Positions 38,593-48,548 of a stretch of 64,000 nt of DNA are shown one piece after another. The stretch spans positions 66,942-130,941 of the forward strand of contig CALXZM010000004.1 in NCBI GenBank assembly GCA_944393245.1. The letters run 5' to 3'. Origin of the DNA: an uncultured Alphaproteobacteria bacterium (lineage in GTDB: Bacteria > Pseudomonadota > Alphaproteobacteria > Rs-D84). The translations under genes were made by a program, and so were the position numbers. Below the pieces are notes generated by a model, which saw only the letters and a list, made by a program, of their open reading frames with translations, was not told the origin of the DNA and did not search any database. Within the stretch, counting starts at the first letter, position 1; each line of letters begins with the position of its first letter.

Positions 38593-39831
38593 ATGATGGA
38601 AAAACCACAACCGTTTGTGCAACCTGATACAATATTCAGTGTTTCTGATGCGTCTGCATTATTAAAAAACGTTGTTGAAACGGCGTTTCCGCGTATTCGC
38701 GTCCGTGGTGAATTGTCGCAAATTACACGTGCGTCGTCCGGGCATATGTACATGACTATTAAGGATTCTGGTGCTGCTATATCGGTTATAATTTGGCGCG
38801 GCACCCCCGTCCCATTTAAACTAGAAGATGGACTAGAGGTTATTATAACCGGTCGTTTTACCACATATCCAGCACGCAGTAATTATCAAATTATTGTATC
38901 TGAAATTGAAATGGCCGGGGTCGGTGCGATTTTAAAAATGCTGGAAGAACGCAAACGCAAACTGGCCGCCGAAGGGTTATTTGACCAGGCCAGAAAAAAG
39001 CCTTTGCCACGATTGCCACAACGCATTGGCGTGGTAACCAGTCCAACGGGTGCGGCATTCCAAGATATTCAAAACAGATTACGCGAACGTTTCCCTGTGA
39101 CAGTTGTATTGTATCCCGCCACTGTCCAGGGGGTAACCGCCGCGGCCGAGGTTGCCGCCGGCATAGAATATTTTAATCGTGCAAAAAATGTTGATGTAAT
39201 AATTGTCGCGCGTGGCGGTGGCGCATTGGAAGATTTGCTGCCCTTTTCCGAAGAAATTGTCGTACGGGCCGCCGCAGCCAGTGAAATACCATTAATATCG
39301 GGGGTTGGCCATGAACCTGATTGGATGCTGATTGACTATGCGGCCGATGTCCGTGCGCCAACCCCAACCGGGGCCGCTGAAATGGTTGTGCCGACAAAAT
39401 TATCACTGATTCAGGAACTGGATAATTTGTGGCACAGGTTATCAAATAATTTTACAACACGTTTGGCCAATGCAAAGGCACGCATGGAATCAATTGTAAT
39501 AAAAAGTCCAAAACAAGTATTAATGGAACAACAACAACGCTTGGACGATATAACGCGAACATTAAACATTATTATTGGTGGTAAATTGACCACGGCGCGC
39601 CAACGATTGGATTCTGTGGCAACGTTTCCAAATATATTACAAAATAAAATGACCACATTGAATCAGGCGGTTACGCATATCGGACAAATGCTGAATTCAT
39701 TAAGTTATAAAAATGTTTTGGCGCGCGGATATGCGATTGTGCGTGATAAAAACAATACCATAATCAGTCGCGCAAATGATGGTCTGTGTCCTGCTGAATT
39801 GGAATTTGTTGACGGTATAATAAAATTATAA
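38593..39831 (+). CDS. xseA: Exodeoxyribonuclease VII large subunit
   Basis: VRGELS...SGHMY, IGVVTSPTGAAFQDI, RGGGALEDL, ISGVGHE and APTPTGAAE motifs. Confidence 0.97.
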   Translation: MMEKPQPFVQPDTIFSVSDASALLKNVVETAFPRIRVRGELSQITRASSGHMYMTIKDSGAAISVIIWRGTPVPFKLEDGLEVIITGRFTTYPARSNYQIIVSEIEMAGVGAILKMLEERKRKLAAEGLFDQARKKPLPRLPQRIGVVTSPTGAAFQDIQNRLRERFPVTVVLYPATVQGVTAAAEVAAGIEYFNRAKNVDVIIVARGGGALEDLLPFSEEIVVRAAAASEIPLISGVGHEPDWMLIDYAADVRAPTPTGAAEMVVPTKLSLIQELDNLWHRLSNNFTTRLANAKARMESIVIKSPKQVLMEQQQRLDDITRTLNIIIGGKLTTARQRLDSVATFPNILQNKMTTLNQAVTHIGQMLNSLSYKNVLARGYAIVRDKNNTIISRANDGLCPAELEFVDGIIKL

Positions 39832-39837
39832 AACCGA

Positions 39838-41487
39838 TTAGTTTTGTATCAATGTTTTTGCCGTCGCCAATGATTCAGGGGTAATTTGTGCACCACTGAT
39901 TATGCGCGCAATTTCATTTATACGTTCATCACCCAAAATTTCCGTTACTGTTGTGGTTGTTGTGTCGTTTTCAGAATGTTTGGATATTTTAAAATGTTTG
40001 TTGGCATAACCTGCAACCTGGGCAGAATGGGTCACAACCAATGTTTGGGATTTTTGCGCCAATCTGTTCAGGCGTTGCCCCACAGCACTGGCAGTCGCGC
40101 CACTGATACCCGTGTCGATTTCATCAAATATAAATGTTCGCACGTCGTTTGGAATCAAAACAACACGCAACGCCAACATCAAACGGGACAATTCGCCACC
40201 CGATGCAGCGCGGTTTAATGGTGCAAATGGCATTCCTGGATTTGTTTTTATCATAAAAGTTATGTCGTCAATCCCATTTACCGATGGCGCGGTTTGTGTA
40301 CATTCCACCATAAAATCAGCCGTTCCCAGTTTTAAATCCGGTAATTCTGCCAATATTTTTGTGCGCAGTTGGGCGGCCACCGTGGCACGGGCGGCACTTA
40401 ATTCACGCGCAGCAGCATCAAAAGCCGTTCGTGCGGCATTAAGTTCAGATTGAGTTTTTTGCAACTGGGCATCTGAATTTTCAATGGTGTTTAACTGGGC
40501 AGACATTTGAGCCAATTTTTCCGGTAATTCATCGGGGGAAACACGATGCTTGCGCGCCACCGCCCGAATTGCAAACAGGCGTTCTTCGGTTGCGTCCAAT
40601 GTTTCTGTATCTATATCGGCGGGGGCCAGTTTTTCTGAAACATCGGATAAAATTTCTGCTGCACTATATAAATCATCTATTTGTTGTGCATATGGATTTG
40701 GATCTGTTTTTATTCGCAATAAAATATTTGCCGCGGCATAAATATTATCGCACACATATTCGCCACGTGGATTTAATGCTGCAACGGCATCCGATAATAT
40801 AGCAGCATCTTTTTCCGCATTCATCATTTCTGTGCGTTTTGCGGACAAAGTGGCTTCTTCGCCAACATGAACATTTAATGCCGTCAGTTCGTTAACATTA
40901 TGTTCCAAAAATTCGCGTTCCGCGGCCGACGTGTCCAGCATTTGTTGCAATTCGTGCATGCGTTTTTCCGCCGAATGATATTCATTATATTTTACGCGAA
41001 CTGTATCCAATAACTGATTGTATTTTGGATTGTTTATTACGCCGAACGAATCCAGGGCCAATCGATGTGTTGCCGGATTTAGCAGTGTATGATTTGCAAA
41101 TTGACCATGGATTTCAACCAGCCCATCACCAATCTGTTTTAACATTTTTACCGATACAGGAACATCGTTTATCCATGCGCGACTTTTACCATCGACGGAC
41201 AATGTTCTGCGTAATATTAATGTGCCGTCAAAATCAATTCCATTTTCGTCCAATGATTTTCTGGTCCCGGCATCGATATTATCGAATTCCGCGATGACAG
41301 ACGCCGTATCGCAACCATGACGCACCAATCCAACATCGGACCGCGCCCCCAATGCCAACGCCAACGCGTCCAGTAAAATACTTTTACCGGCACCCGTTTC
41401 ACCCGTTAAAATATTTAAACCCGCCCCGAATTCTAAATTCAGTTTATCAATTAATACAATGTTTGATATGTGCAAGTGTGTTAACAT
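39838..41487 (-). CDS. recN: DNA repair protein RecN
   Basis: LTGETGAGKSILLDAL, EIHGQ, ASGGELSRLMLAL, FDEIDTGISG and VTHSAQVA motifs. Confidence 0.97.
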   Translation of the reverse strand: MLTHLHISNIVLIDKLNLEFGAGLNILTGETGAGKSILLDALALALGARSDVGLVRHGCDTASVIAEFDNIDAGTRKSLDENGIDFDGTLILRRTLSVDGKSRAWINDVPVSVKMLKQIGDGLVEIHGQFANHTLLNPATHRLALDSFGVINNPKYNQLLDTVRVKYNEYHSAEKRMHELQQMLDTSAAEREFLEHNVNELTALNVHVGEEATLSAKRTEMMNAEKDAAILSDAVAALNPRGEYVCDNIYAAANILLRIKTDPNPYAQQIDDLYSAAEILSDVSEKLAPADIDTETLDATEERLFAIRAVARKHRVSPDELPEKLAQMSAQLNTIENSDAQLQKTQSELNAARTAFDAAARELSAARATVAAQLRTKILAELPDLKLGTADFMVECTQTAPSVNGIDDITFMIKTNPGMPFAPLNRAASGGELSRLMLALRVVLIPNDVRTFIFDEIDTGISGATASAVGQRLNRLAQKSQTLVVTHSAQVAGYANKHFKISKHSENDTTTTTVTEILGDERINEIARIISGAQITPESLATAKTLIQN

Positions 41488-41528
41488 GTCTGAATTATAT
41501 CCGTTATGATAACATCGTTTCAAGTTTT

Positions 41529-41975
41529 TTATATCAATTGTTCTAATTCAAAATCGTGCAACCATAATATGTACGCAGATATTTTATACGACGGATAGAT
41601 TTCTGATAATAATCGTGTGTATTCAGACAATTGATTAAAATACTTGTCACGAAACATTAATTTGTTTATGTCGGTTTTATAATCTAGTATTTTTACAGTT
41701 TTGTCCGCATTGTTTACAATCATGCGGTCAATGCGACGGCTGACAAATTGTTTGTTTAAATAACCTGCAATGGGGACCTCGGTCTGGGCGGTGGTTGCAA
41801 AAAAAGGTATTAATTCGGGGCGCGATAAAATTTGCGCGCACAACCCAGTGTCACCACGAACGGTTGGCCCGTCAATTGTTATTTGTTGCATTTTTAAATG
41901 TGCATCACGTCCCGCCTTGGTGGAATAATCCTGGCGTTGTAATGCTGACAGTGTTTCTTGTAACTTATTCGACAT
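41529..41975 (-). CDS. PD-(D/E)XK nuclease domain, separated C-terminal part of AddA
   Basis: TEVPIAG...RIDR...ILDYKTD...Y..QL..Y RecB-family motifs; own RBS (AGGA) and ATG overlapping the helicase stop. Confidence 0.8.
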   Translation of the reverse strand: MSNKLQETLSALQRQDYSTKAGRDAHLKMQQITIDGPTVRGDTGLCAQILSRPELIPFFATTAQTEVPIAGYLNKQFVSRRIDRMIVNNADKTVKILDYKTDINKLMFRDKYFNQLSEYTRLLSEIYPSYKISAYILWLHDFELEQLI

Positions 41976-44610
41976 TTTCAATCCTGATAAATTCATCCGA
42001 TATGGTGGCGTGTGCGTCGTTGGACAATACGCGCCACAATTGTGTATGCCACGACAAATCCTGGGCCGGTGTGCCCTTGGACGCAAAACCATACACATAC
42101 AACCGATTAATGGCACGCGTCATTGCAACGTATAATAATCTATAATATTCAGAAATACGCGTTTTATTTAATTGCTGTTCTGCGTATGTGTATATTTCTG
42201 AATTAACTTTTCTGGGGACCCAAATCCATGGTGGTGGCATATTTGTGTAATTGGTGTTTTTTAAATCATGATTAATTGGAAATATACGTTCTGGTTTTGG
42301 GGTTCTGACCGTATCAATCAGAAACACAACCGGTGCTTCCAGGCCTTTGCTGCCGTGTATGGTGGCGATACGAACGCCGGGCGCATTGTCCATGTCGCGT
42401 TTTATAACACTGCCACCTGTGATAAACCATTTCAAAAATTCGCGCAATGTACCGCTTTGTGTGCGTTCATACGACAGGCAAATTGTCATGAATTCTTCCA
42501 GCGGGTCAATTATTTGTGCCCCCAGTGCCGCAATCATGCTTTGTCGCGAATTATTGTCATTCAGGACATACGAAAAGAATGAATACGGCCCCAATTGCTG
42601 TGAATGTTTTAGTATATCTGACACACGGTTATATACCGTGGGATTTTGTTTTTCCAGAACGGTAAAAACAGTTATTGGGGCCGTGTCAGCAGATGCGGAA
42701 CGCGCCGCTTTGTTCCATTCATTTCGCGCATGACAAATGTTAAAAATATCGGCCTCTTTCAATCTGAAAAGTGGGCTTTTTAACACGCAACACAAACTAA
42801 AATCATCATTTGGATTTATGCAAAAACGAACCAAGTTTAACAGGTCGCGTATCGCCGGAAAACGTGGCAATACAATTCTGTCACTGCCGGCAACGGGGAT
42901 ATTCAGACGCTTTAATTCCTTTACCAACAATGGCGCCATTGGGTCACGATTTTGAACCAGCACCATAATATCACTTGGGGTAAAAATACCCTCTGATAAT
43001 ACGGTTTTGATTTGTGTCGCGATTCCGGCCACGAATGCGTTATTGTCAACATCGGCATCCTTGGCATCAATTATTTTGTGTATTTCAACAAAGGATGATT
43101 TTGCGGGCTTTACCCATTTATGCGAATTGTTAACGAACCCTGTTTTTTCTTTTATTTCCTGGTCGTTAAAGAATGTATCAACCGCATATAAAATTGGTGG
43201 CATGGAACGGAAACTTTGCACCAATGGCACTTCGCTTAATGTGCGCATATTTTGCTGAATTTGTTTTTTTATTTCAGTGCGACTGTCGTCAAAGGCGCGC
43301 GGGTCTGCACCCTGAAAACCATAAATAGATTGCTTTGTATCGCCAACCACAAACATAGAATGCGGATTTTGTGCAGTGTTACCATCTGTAAAAAAGTCAC
43401 CAGCCAACAATCTTAAAATATCCCATTGTAACGGACTGGTATCCTGGGCCTCGTCAACCAGGATGTGTGTCAGGCGCACATTTAACTGTGATAAAACCCA
43501 CCCCATCACATCAGGCGACGAAAACAATTTTTTTGTATATAAAATCAAATCTTCAAAATCCAATAAATTGAATTGGCGTTTTGTTTGGGCATACATTTGT
43601 GCGAATGCCGCCGACAAATCAAAAACAGACATTGTGTCCGTGAAAATTTGTTCCGACACATTGTATTGATCAACGGCATAAACGCGCATTTGTTCCGCAG
43701 CCAAATATGCTTTTGCGGAAATGTTTTTTCGCGGTGTGCCATTTGCGGTTAAATAGATTTTTTTGTATTCGTCAAAATTAATAGTATTATTAATATATTG
43801 TTTTGTTATATTAATAATGTCTGTTAAGTATTGCGCCGGCTTTTTTGATGAATTTTTATCCATTGTGGCCAATTCTATGATTTTTTGCAATTCATCCACA
43901 GAATATTGCGTTTGTACCGGTGTATCCAGATTTAAAAATTTTCTAATTGTATCAATAAAATATTTGCGATAATTAAAGTTGTTTTCCGTCTGAATAAAAT
44001 CTTTGTAGTGCATAACCAGAATGTTTAATAATTCCGATAGTTTTGATGCGTCTATTCTTTCAACAATATGCGCAAAAGCCCCAGCAACAGTTTCCGAATT
44101 TGACGTATTTATTAATTTATTAAATGTATCAACCAATAAAGTCCGTTGCACGTCATCAGAAATTAATGACCATGCGGGTGATATACCGGCTTCTAGTGGA
44201 AATTGACGCAAAATTTCTTCACAAAAACTGTGAATGGTTTTTATTTTTAATAAATCCGGATTATCGATATATGTAAAAAATATTTTACGTGCGTGTGCGA
44301 TGTCTGTTTCTGTTATTTTGGCGGAAACAGATATACCAACCAACATATCCGATAATTCATCGTCTGTGGCCATTGCCCATTTTTGTAATTCGCGCAAAAT
44401 TCTGTTGCGCATTTCACCGGCCGCGGCCTTGGTATACGTCAGGCACAATATGCCACAATTTTCAATATTGTCACTGCGGAACAATATGCGCAACAAACGT
44501 TGAACCAGAACACTGGTTTTCCCAGTGCCGGCATTTGCCTGGACCCATACATTATTGGACGGATTGGCGGCCATATTTTGTTCCGGTGAAAGTGTAATTT
44601 TTTTTACCAT
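41965..44610 (-). CDS. addA: AddA-type UvrD helicase lacking the nuclease domain
   Basis: QANAGTGKT, CLTYTKAAA.EM, TIHSFC, LVDEAQDT, VGDTKQSIYGFQGAD, TIHGSKGLEAP and LLYVAMTRA motifs. Confidence 0.9.
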   Translation of the reverse strand: MVKKITLSPEQNMAANPSNNVWVQANAGTGKTSVLVQRLLRILFRSDNIENCGILCLTYTKAAAGEMRNRILRELQKWAMATDDELSDMLVGISVSAKITETDIAHARKIFFTYIDNPDLLKIKTIHSFCEEILRQFPLEAGISPAWSLISDDVQRTLLVDTFNKLINTSNSETVAGAFAHIVERIDASKLSELLNILVMHYKDFIQTENNFNYRKYFIDTIRKFLNLDTPVQTQYSVDELQKIIELATMDKNSSKKPAQYLTDIINITKQYINNTINFDEYKKIYLTANGTPRKNISAKAYLAAEQMRVYAVDQYNVSEQIFTDTMSVFDLSAAFAQMYAQTKRQFNLLDFEDLILYTKKLFSSPDVMGWVLSQLNVRLTHILVDEAQDTSPLQWDILRLLAGDFFTDGNTAQNPHSMFVVGDTKQSIYGFQGADPRAFDDSRTEIKKQIQQNMRTLSEVPLVQSFRSMPPILYAVDTFFNDQEIKEKTGFVNNSHKWVKPAKSSFVEIHKIIDAKDADVDNNAFVAGIATQIKTVLSEGIFTPSDIMVLVQNRDPMAPLLVKELKRLNIPVAGSDRIVLPRFPAIRDLLNLVRFCINPNDDFSLCCVLKSPLFRLKEADIFNICHARNEWNKAARSASADTAPITVFTVLEKQNPTVYNRVSDILKHSQQLGPYSFFSYVLNDNNSRQSMIAALGAQIIDPLEEFMTICLSYERTQSGTLREFLKWFITGGSVIKRDMDNAPGVRIATIHGSKGLEAPVVFLIDTVRTPKPERIFPINHDLKNTNYTNMPPPWIWVPRKVNSEIYTYAEQQLNKTRISEYYRLLYVAMTRAINRLYVYGFASKGTPAQDLSWHTQLWRVLSNDAHATISDEFIRIENVE

Positions 44611-44718
44611 TATGCTCTTGCTTTGTTTGTTGGATTTTAGTATAAATTCCATAGAACTGCAAGGATATATCCTGGGCGAATTTTGTATTATAAAAACAAT
44701 CAAATACGGGGGGATTTT

Positions 44719-46650
44719 ATGGGCGTTGACCAAATTTTCATAATTGTTGGCGGTGTGTTGGGCGGTTTGCTGTTGCTGGCACTGATTATATTGTTTTTTA
44801 TTTCCAGAAAATCCCAAAAGGTTATGCAATCGCTGTTAACATTGCTGACAAAACCAGAACGCGCACGCGTTCAGGATGCTGTGCGGGTGTTAAATTCTTT
44901 GTTGGCCGATGAAATGATAAAAATGGAATCCAATTTTCAAAATATTCGCGATGAAATGGAATCGCAAATATCGGCCGCCACAGAATTAAAAAATAATTTA
45001 GAACAACAAAATGACAAATTGGTTGCAACAACCGATGACGCAATTAAAAAAATTGCTGTGATGTCACAACGATTGGATAACACTGTCACCAGTTTGCAAG
45101 AAATTGTTAAATCCGCCAAATGGCAGGATGTCGAAATTTCCACAGACAGATTTAGTGCCACTGTTAACGATTTGTTGGCTAAAATAGATGTAACCACCCA
45201 GGACACAACCGAACGTGTCGCGCAAATTCAATCCAGCATGGATAAATGGATAGAGGCCAGCGATACATTATCAAATCAATTAAAGGCGGATTTTGAATCC
45301 AATACTGAACAAATGCGTAACCTGAATACTGAATATACCAGTATGCAACAAAATATGAATGATTTGTCCCAAACAACCGCCACTGGATTTGAAAATGTAA
45401 AAACTGCGGCAACCGGGTATGAAGAAACAATGGCGCAAAATAACAAGGCACTGGATGACCATTTGGCAAAAATGGACAGTTTTAATAAACGTGCACAAAA
45501 ACAGTTGTCAACCCAGGTAACGGCATTAACAAATACTGCGAATGTTGTCGCCGGCCAGGTACGTTTGTCTGAAACATCGGTCGAATCCCAGGTTCGTAAA
45601 TTAACCGGCGCGGTGGAATCTTTGATGAATTCTGCCACATCGACCGAGGCCGCCGTACGTAATATTTCCAAGGAATTGACTGAACTGTGCAATCATTTTA
45701 ACAAGGATATAACAGGATTCACCAATGATATTGTTGGCGAATTAAAAACCGTTTCTGGGGTTGCGAATTCCACATTGGAAAACACAAAAACTGCGGCTGG
45801 CGCATTTTCAGAATCCGTTCGCGCAATGGCGACCGGTGTACGCGAAACATTAATAGAAATGAATACAGCACATACACAATTGTCTGGTCAATCGGAAAAT
45901 CTGATTAAAATGTCGGCCGAAACAACGGCACAGTTGCAACCGCTGTCCGAATTGATAGAAAAATATTATTCGGCCCTGCCCGATTTGGCACGCGATTCAA
46001 TGACGACTGGTGACAACCTGCAAAAGATTGTGGAAAATCTGAACGAAAAAATTGCTTTGATGAAACAAACTGTTACAGAATCAACAACAACTATTGCGGA
46101 TTCTGCCGTTAAATTAGAAGATTTGGCCGGCCAATCACGTCAACAAATGATTGATTTGATGTCTGATTATACCAAGGCCGTAAATACAATGCAGACACTG
46201 AACAAGCAGATGATGGTTGCACGCGCCACCGCCCCAATGGATGCAATTGGCGCAACGCCGACGGGCACACCCGCATACGGACGCGTCAGCCCCCAGGACT
46301 TTTTACAGCAAAGTGAAAAAATGTTCGAAAAACTGCATGAACAAACCATGGATTTAACCCGTGCGGCGGGTGTTGAAATTCCAGATGTTATATGGAAAAA
46401 GTATCACGCCGGTGACAAAACAGTATTTTCGAAATGGTTTGCAAAAATTATGGCCGCAGCCGACAAAAAACAAGTTCGTGAAATGTTGAAAAATAACGCT
46501 GCATTCCGTTCCCAGGCAACGCAGTTCGTTCGCGGATTTGATAAAATACTGACCGCTGCGCGTAATGCGGATGGCACCGATAAATTGGCCGGCACATTGG
46601 CGAAAACCGACCTGGGCCAGATTTATATCGCCCTGAAAGGACACATATAA
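44719..46650 (+). CDS. Membrane-anchored coiled-coil protein, TipN/GPR-like polar scaffold candidate
   Basis: N-terminal TM, long coiled coil, C-terminal IWKKY..GDK.VF...FR..A.QF...F..IL...TD.G.IY..L domain. Confidence 0.75.
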   Translation: MGVDQIFIIVGGVLGGLLLLALIILFFISRKSQKVMQSLLTLLTKPERARVQDAVRVLNSLLADEMIKMESNFQNIRDEMESQISAATELKNNLEQQNDKLVATTDDAIKKIAVMSQRLDNTVTSLQEIVKSAKWQDVEISTDRFSATVNDLLAKIDVTTQDTTERVAQIQSSMDKWIEASDTLSNQLKADFESNTEQMRNLNTEYTSMQQNMNDLSQTTATGFENVKTAATGYEETMAQNNKALDDHLAKMDSFNKRAQKQLSTQVTALTNTANVVAGQVRLSETSVESQVRKLTGAVESLMNSATSTEAAVRNISKELTELCNHFNKDITGFTNDIVGELKTVSGVANSTLENTKTAAGAFSESVRAMATGVRETLIEMNTAHTQLSGQSENLIKMSAETTAQLQPLSELIEKYYSALPDLARDSMTTGDNLQKIVENLNEKIALMKQTVTESTTTIADSAVKLEDLAGQSRQQMIDLMSDYTKAVNTMQTLNKQMMVARATAPMDAIGATPTGTPAYGRVSPQDFLQQSEKMFEKLHEQTMDLTRAAGVEIPDVIWKKYHAGDKTVFSKWFAKIMAAADKKQVREMLKNNAAFRSQATQFVRGFDKILTAARNADGTDKLAGTLAKTDLGQIYIALKGHI

Positions 46651-46694
46651 AATATATGTTTTGCCAATTAATACGAATAAAAACAGGGCATTTT

Positions 46695-47468
46695 TCATAT
46701 GCCCTGTTTATTATTGATATTTGTGTCAACATTGTTCGCGTCGTCAAACACATAATTTATTAATACATTTCCAACCGCCCCGCCAACAACACCGGCACCA
46801 CCAACAATGCCACCGGTTTGAACTTTCTGCGCGGTTTCCGATTGCTGGGCCGACCACGCGACCGCATCCGCACTGGTTGTGTCGGACAATGCACGTGAAA
46901 CCGATGCATACGCACCATCTGTTATACCAATTGCAGTATCATCATACAAACCAGACGTCGCCACATCGGAAATTATTTCTGATTCTATCCCAGGTGCCAT
47001 ACCCAGGACCTCTTTTCGTGCCTGCAAATCCGTCGCCAGGGTGATATATTCGTTGTACAGCGGTAATAATACGTTTGCACCGGGTAATTGTACATTTGTT
47101 TGGCCACCGGCAACAGTCATGCCAGCACCATAATTACATTTAAATGTTGCCAGATACGCCGCCATATCACGTTCAGCGTCCGCATCCGCGCGTTGTTCCG
47201 CAATACCAGACGCCAACATCATTCCACCAATACCACCCGCACCAATTGCCGCCGCACCCAACATACGATTTGCCAATGACTGTTCCCGCGCAGCAGCAGA
47301 ATTATATTTTTGTTCCAGGCCAGATATATCTGAATACAGCATCAATAATTCCATACCATTTGTATCATTATACATATCATTATATGGGTTGTCTGTCACT
47401 GGCATAAAGCCCCGTGCCGATTTTGGCAGTACGACAATTAATGTGAAAATAATAAACAACTTTTTCAT
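46695..47468 (-). CDS. Exported protein with two glycine-zipper hydrophobic segments
   Basis: Signal peptide; LGAAAIGAGGIGGMMLASG and GGIVGGAGVVGGAVGNVL. Confidence 0.75.
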   Translation of the reverse strand: MKKLFIIFTLIVVLPKSARGFMPVTDNPYNDMYNDTNGMELLMLYSDISGLEQKYNSAAAREQSLANRMLGAAAIGAGGIGGMMLASGIAEQRADADAERDMAAYLATFKCNYGAGMTVAGGQTNVQLPGANVLLPLYNEYITLATDLQARKEVLGMAPGIESEIISDVATSGLYDDTAIGITDGAYASVSRALSDTTSADAVAWSAQQSETAQKVQTGGIVGGAGVVGGAVGNVLINYVFDDANNVDTNINNKQGI

Positions 47469-48313
47469 TTATTGGTTACAGATTGGGAAAAATTTCTGAT
47501 ACGCCCACGCGCACGCGACGTCGGGAGTTTATTGGATTTCCATTCACGCGATTCATCCATTTGTATTGCCAATGGATAAAATGGCGAATTGGGGTCTGGT
47601 TGTCCGTTATCTGAGACTGGTATGTATTTGCCAGCACGAATGTCCGCCATTTCTTGGTTGCGCCACGCATACCATTCGTCATAATTATATTCTTCAACCA
47701 TTGTGCGTAATACAATATTATCAAATTGTTGTGCCATACCGGTGGTTTCATAATTATCAGAAGTGTTAGTTAAAGATATATCAATCTCATAATGGGTGTT
47801 TGATTCCTTGTCATCCATATCGATACGCAATGTTTGAATCATACCGCCCGTGTCTTTTTCAATATTAAAGTCTTCAAATCCATCCGGGTAATCACAGGCA
47901 CGGCGTTCCACTGTGTTATAACATAAATTTGCGTTATCCAGTTCACCCCTGTCCAGCCACAGTTTTTCCCTGGTCATTCCATTTATCAAATCTTGGGTGT
48001 CTGTTTTTATTGCGCGCCCCGTACTGTTGGATGCGTCTTGTAACATTTGTGTGTATTTTTTATCATAATATTCAAATGTTTTTTGGGCCAAAAATCCACG
48101 TATCTGGCGAACCTGCTGTGTCAATGGCATTGATTCCAACGATGCAACAAAATCGGCATCCACCGCCAACAATCTGTTTTTTATTGTGTCCAGTTCTGTT
48201 TCTAATATTGGGTCCGTTGAAAATATTAAATTTGCTGTGTTACCGACATCATTATCTGCGTATACAGGCAACGATGTAAAAAGAAACAGACAATAACAAA
48301 AAAATTTTCTCAT
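47465..48313 (-). CDS. Exported hypothetical protein
   Basis: MRKFFCYCLFLFTSLPVYA signal peptide; stop overlaps the next gene. Confidence 0.75.
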   Translation of the reverse strand: MRKFFCYCLFLFTSLPVYADNDVGNTANLIFSTDPILETELDTIKNRLLAVDADFVASLESMPLTQQVRQIRGFLAQKTFEYYDKKYTQMLQDASNSTGRAIKTDTQDLINGMTREKLWLDRGELDNANLCYNTVERRACDYPDGFEDFNIEKDTGGMIQTLRIDMDDKESNTHYEIDISLTNTSDNYETTGMAQQFDNIVLRTMVEEYNYDEWYAWRNQEMADIRAGKYIPVSDNGQPDPNSPFYPLAIQMDESREWKSNKLPTSRARGRIRNFSQSVTNK

Positions 48314-48329
48314 CCCGCGCCCCCATAAC

Positions 48330-48504
48330 AAAAAACCACCGAAAAAATTCAGGTGGTTGGAGGTTCGTTACAATTTTAGTCCAAATTGTGCTGTTTATTC
48401 AATCTATTCACAGCCCCCCAACCCGTGGTTGAGGGATTTACGTCTGATATCAGACGGGACTAAATACGGGTAACGACACCCCAATATGACAACACGTCAT
48501 ATCA
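48330..48504 (-). promoter_or_regulatory. Structured 5' leader RNA with terminator/antiterminator (copy A)
   Basis: Homologous to 58519-58697 with compensatory changes; terminator aaccacc/ggtggtt + U tract about 15 nt before the downstream ATG. Confidence 0.75.
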
Positions 48505-48548
48505 GTATATAATTTTATCAAATAATGATTACAGAATCAATTCTTTTG

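Noticed and set aside
41965-41990. Programmed frameshift joining AddA helicase and nuclease
   Set aside because: No slippery heptamer or stimulatory hairpin; an RBS and ATG favour coupled reinitiation.
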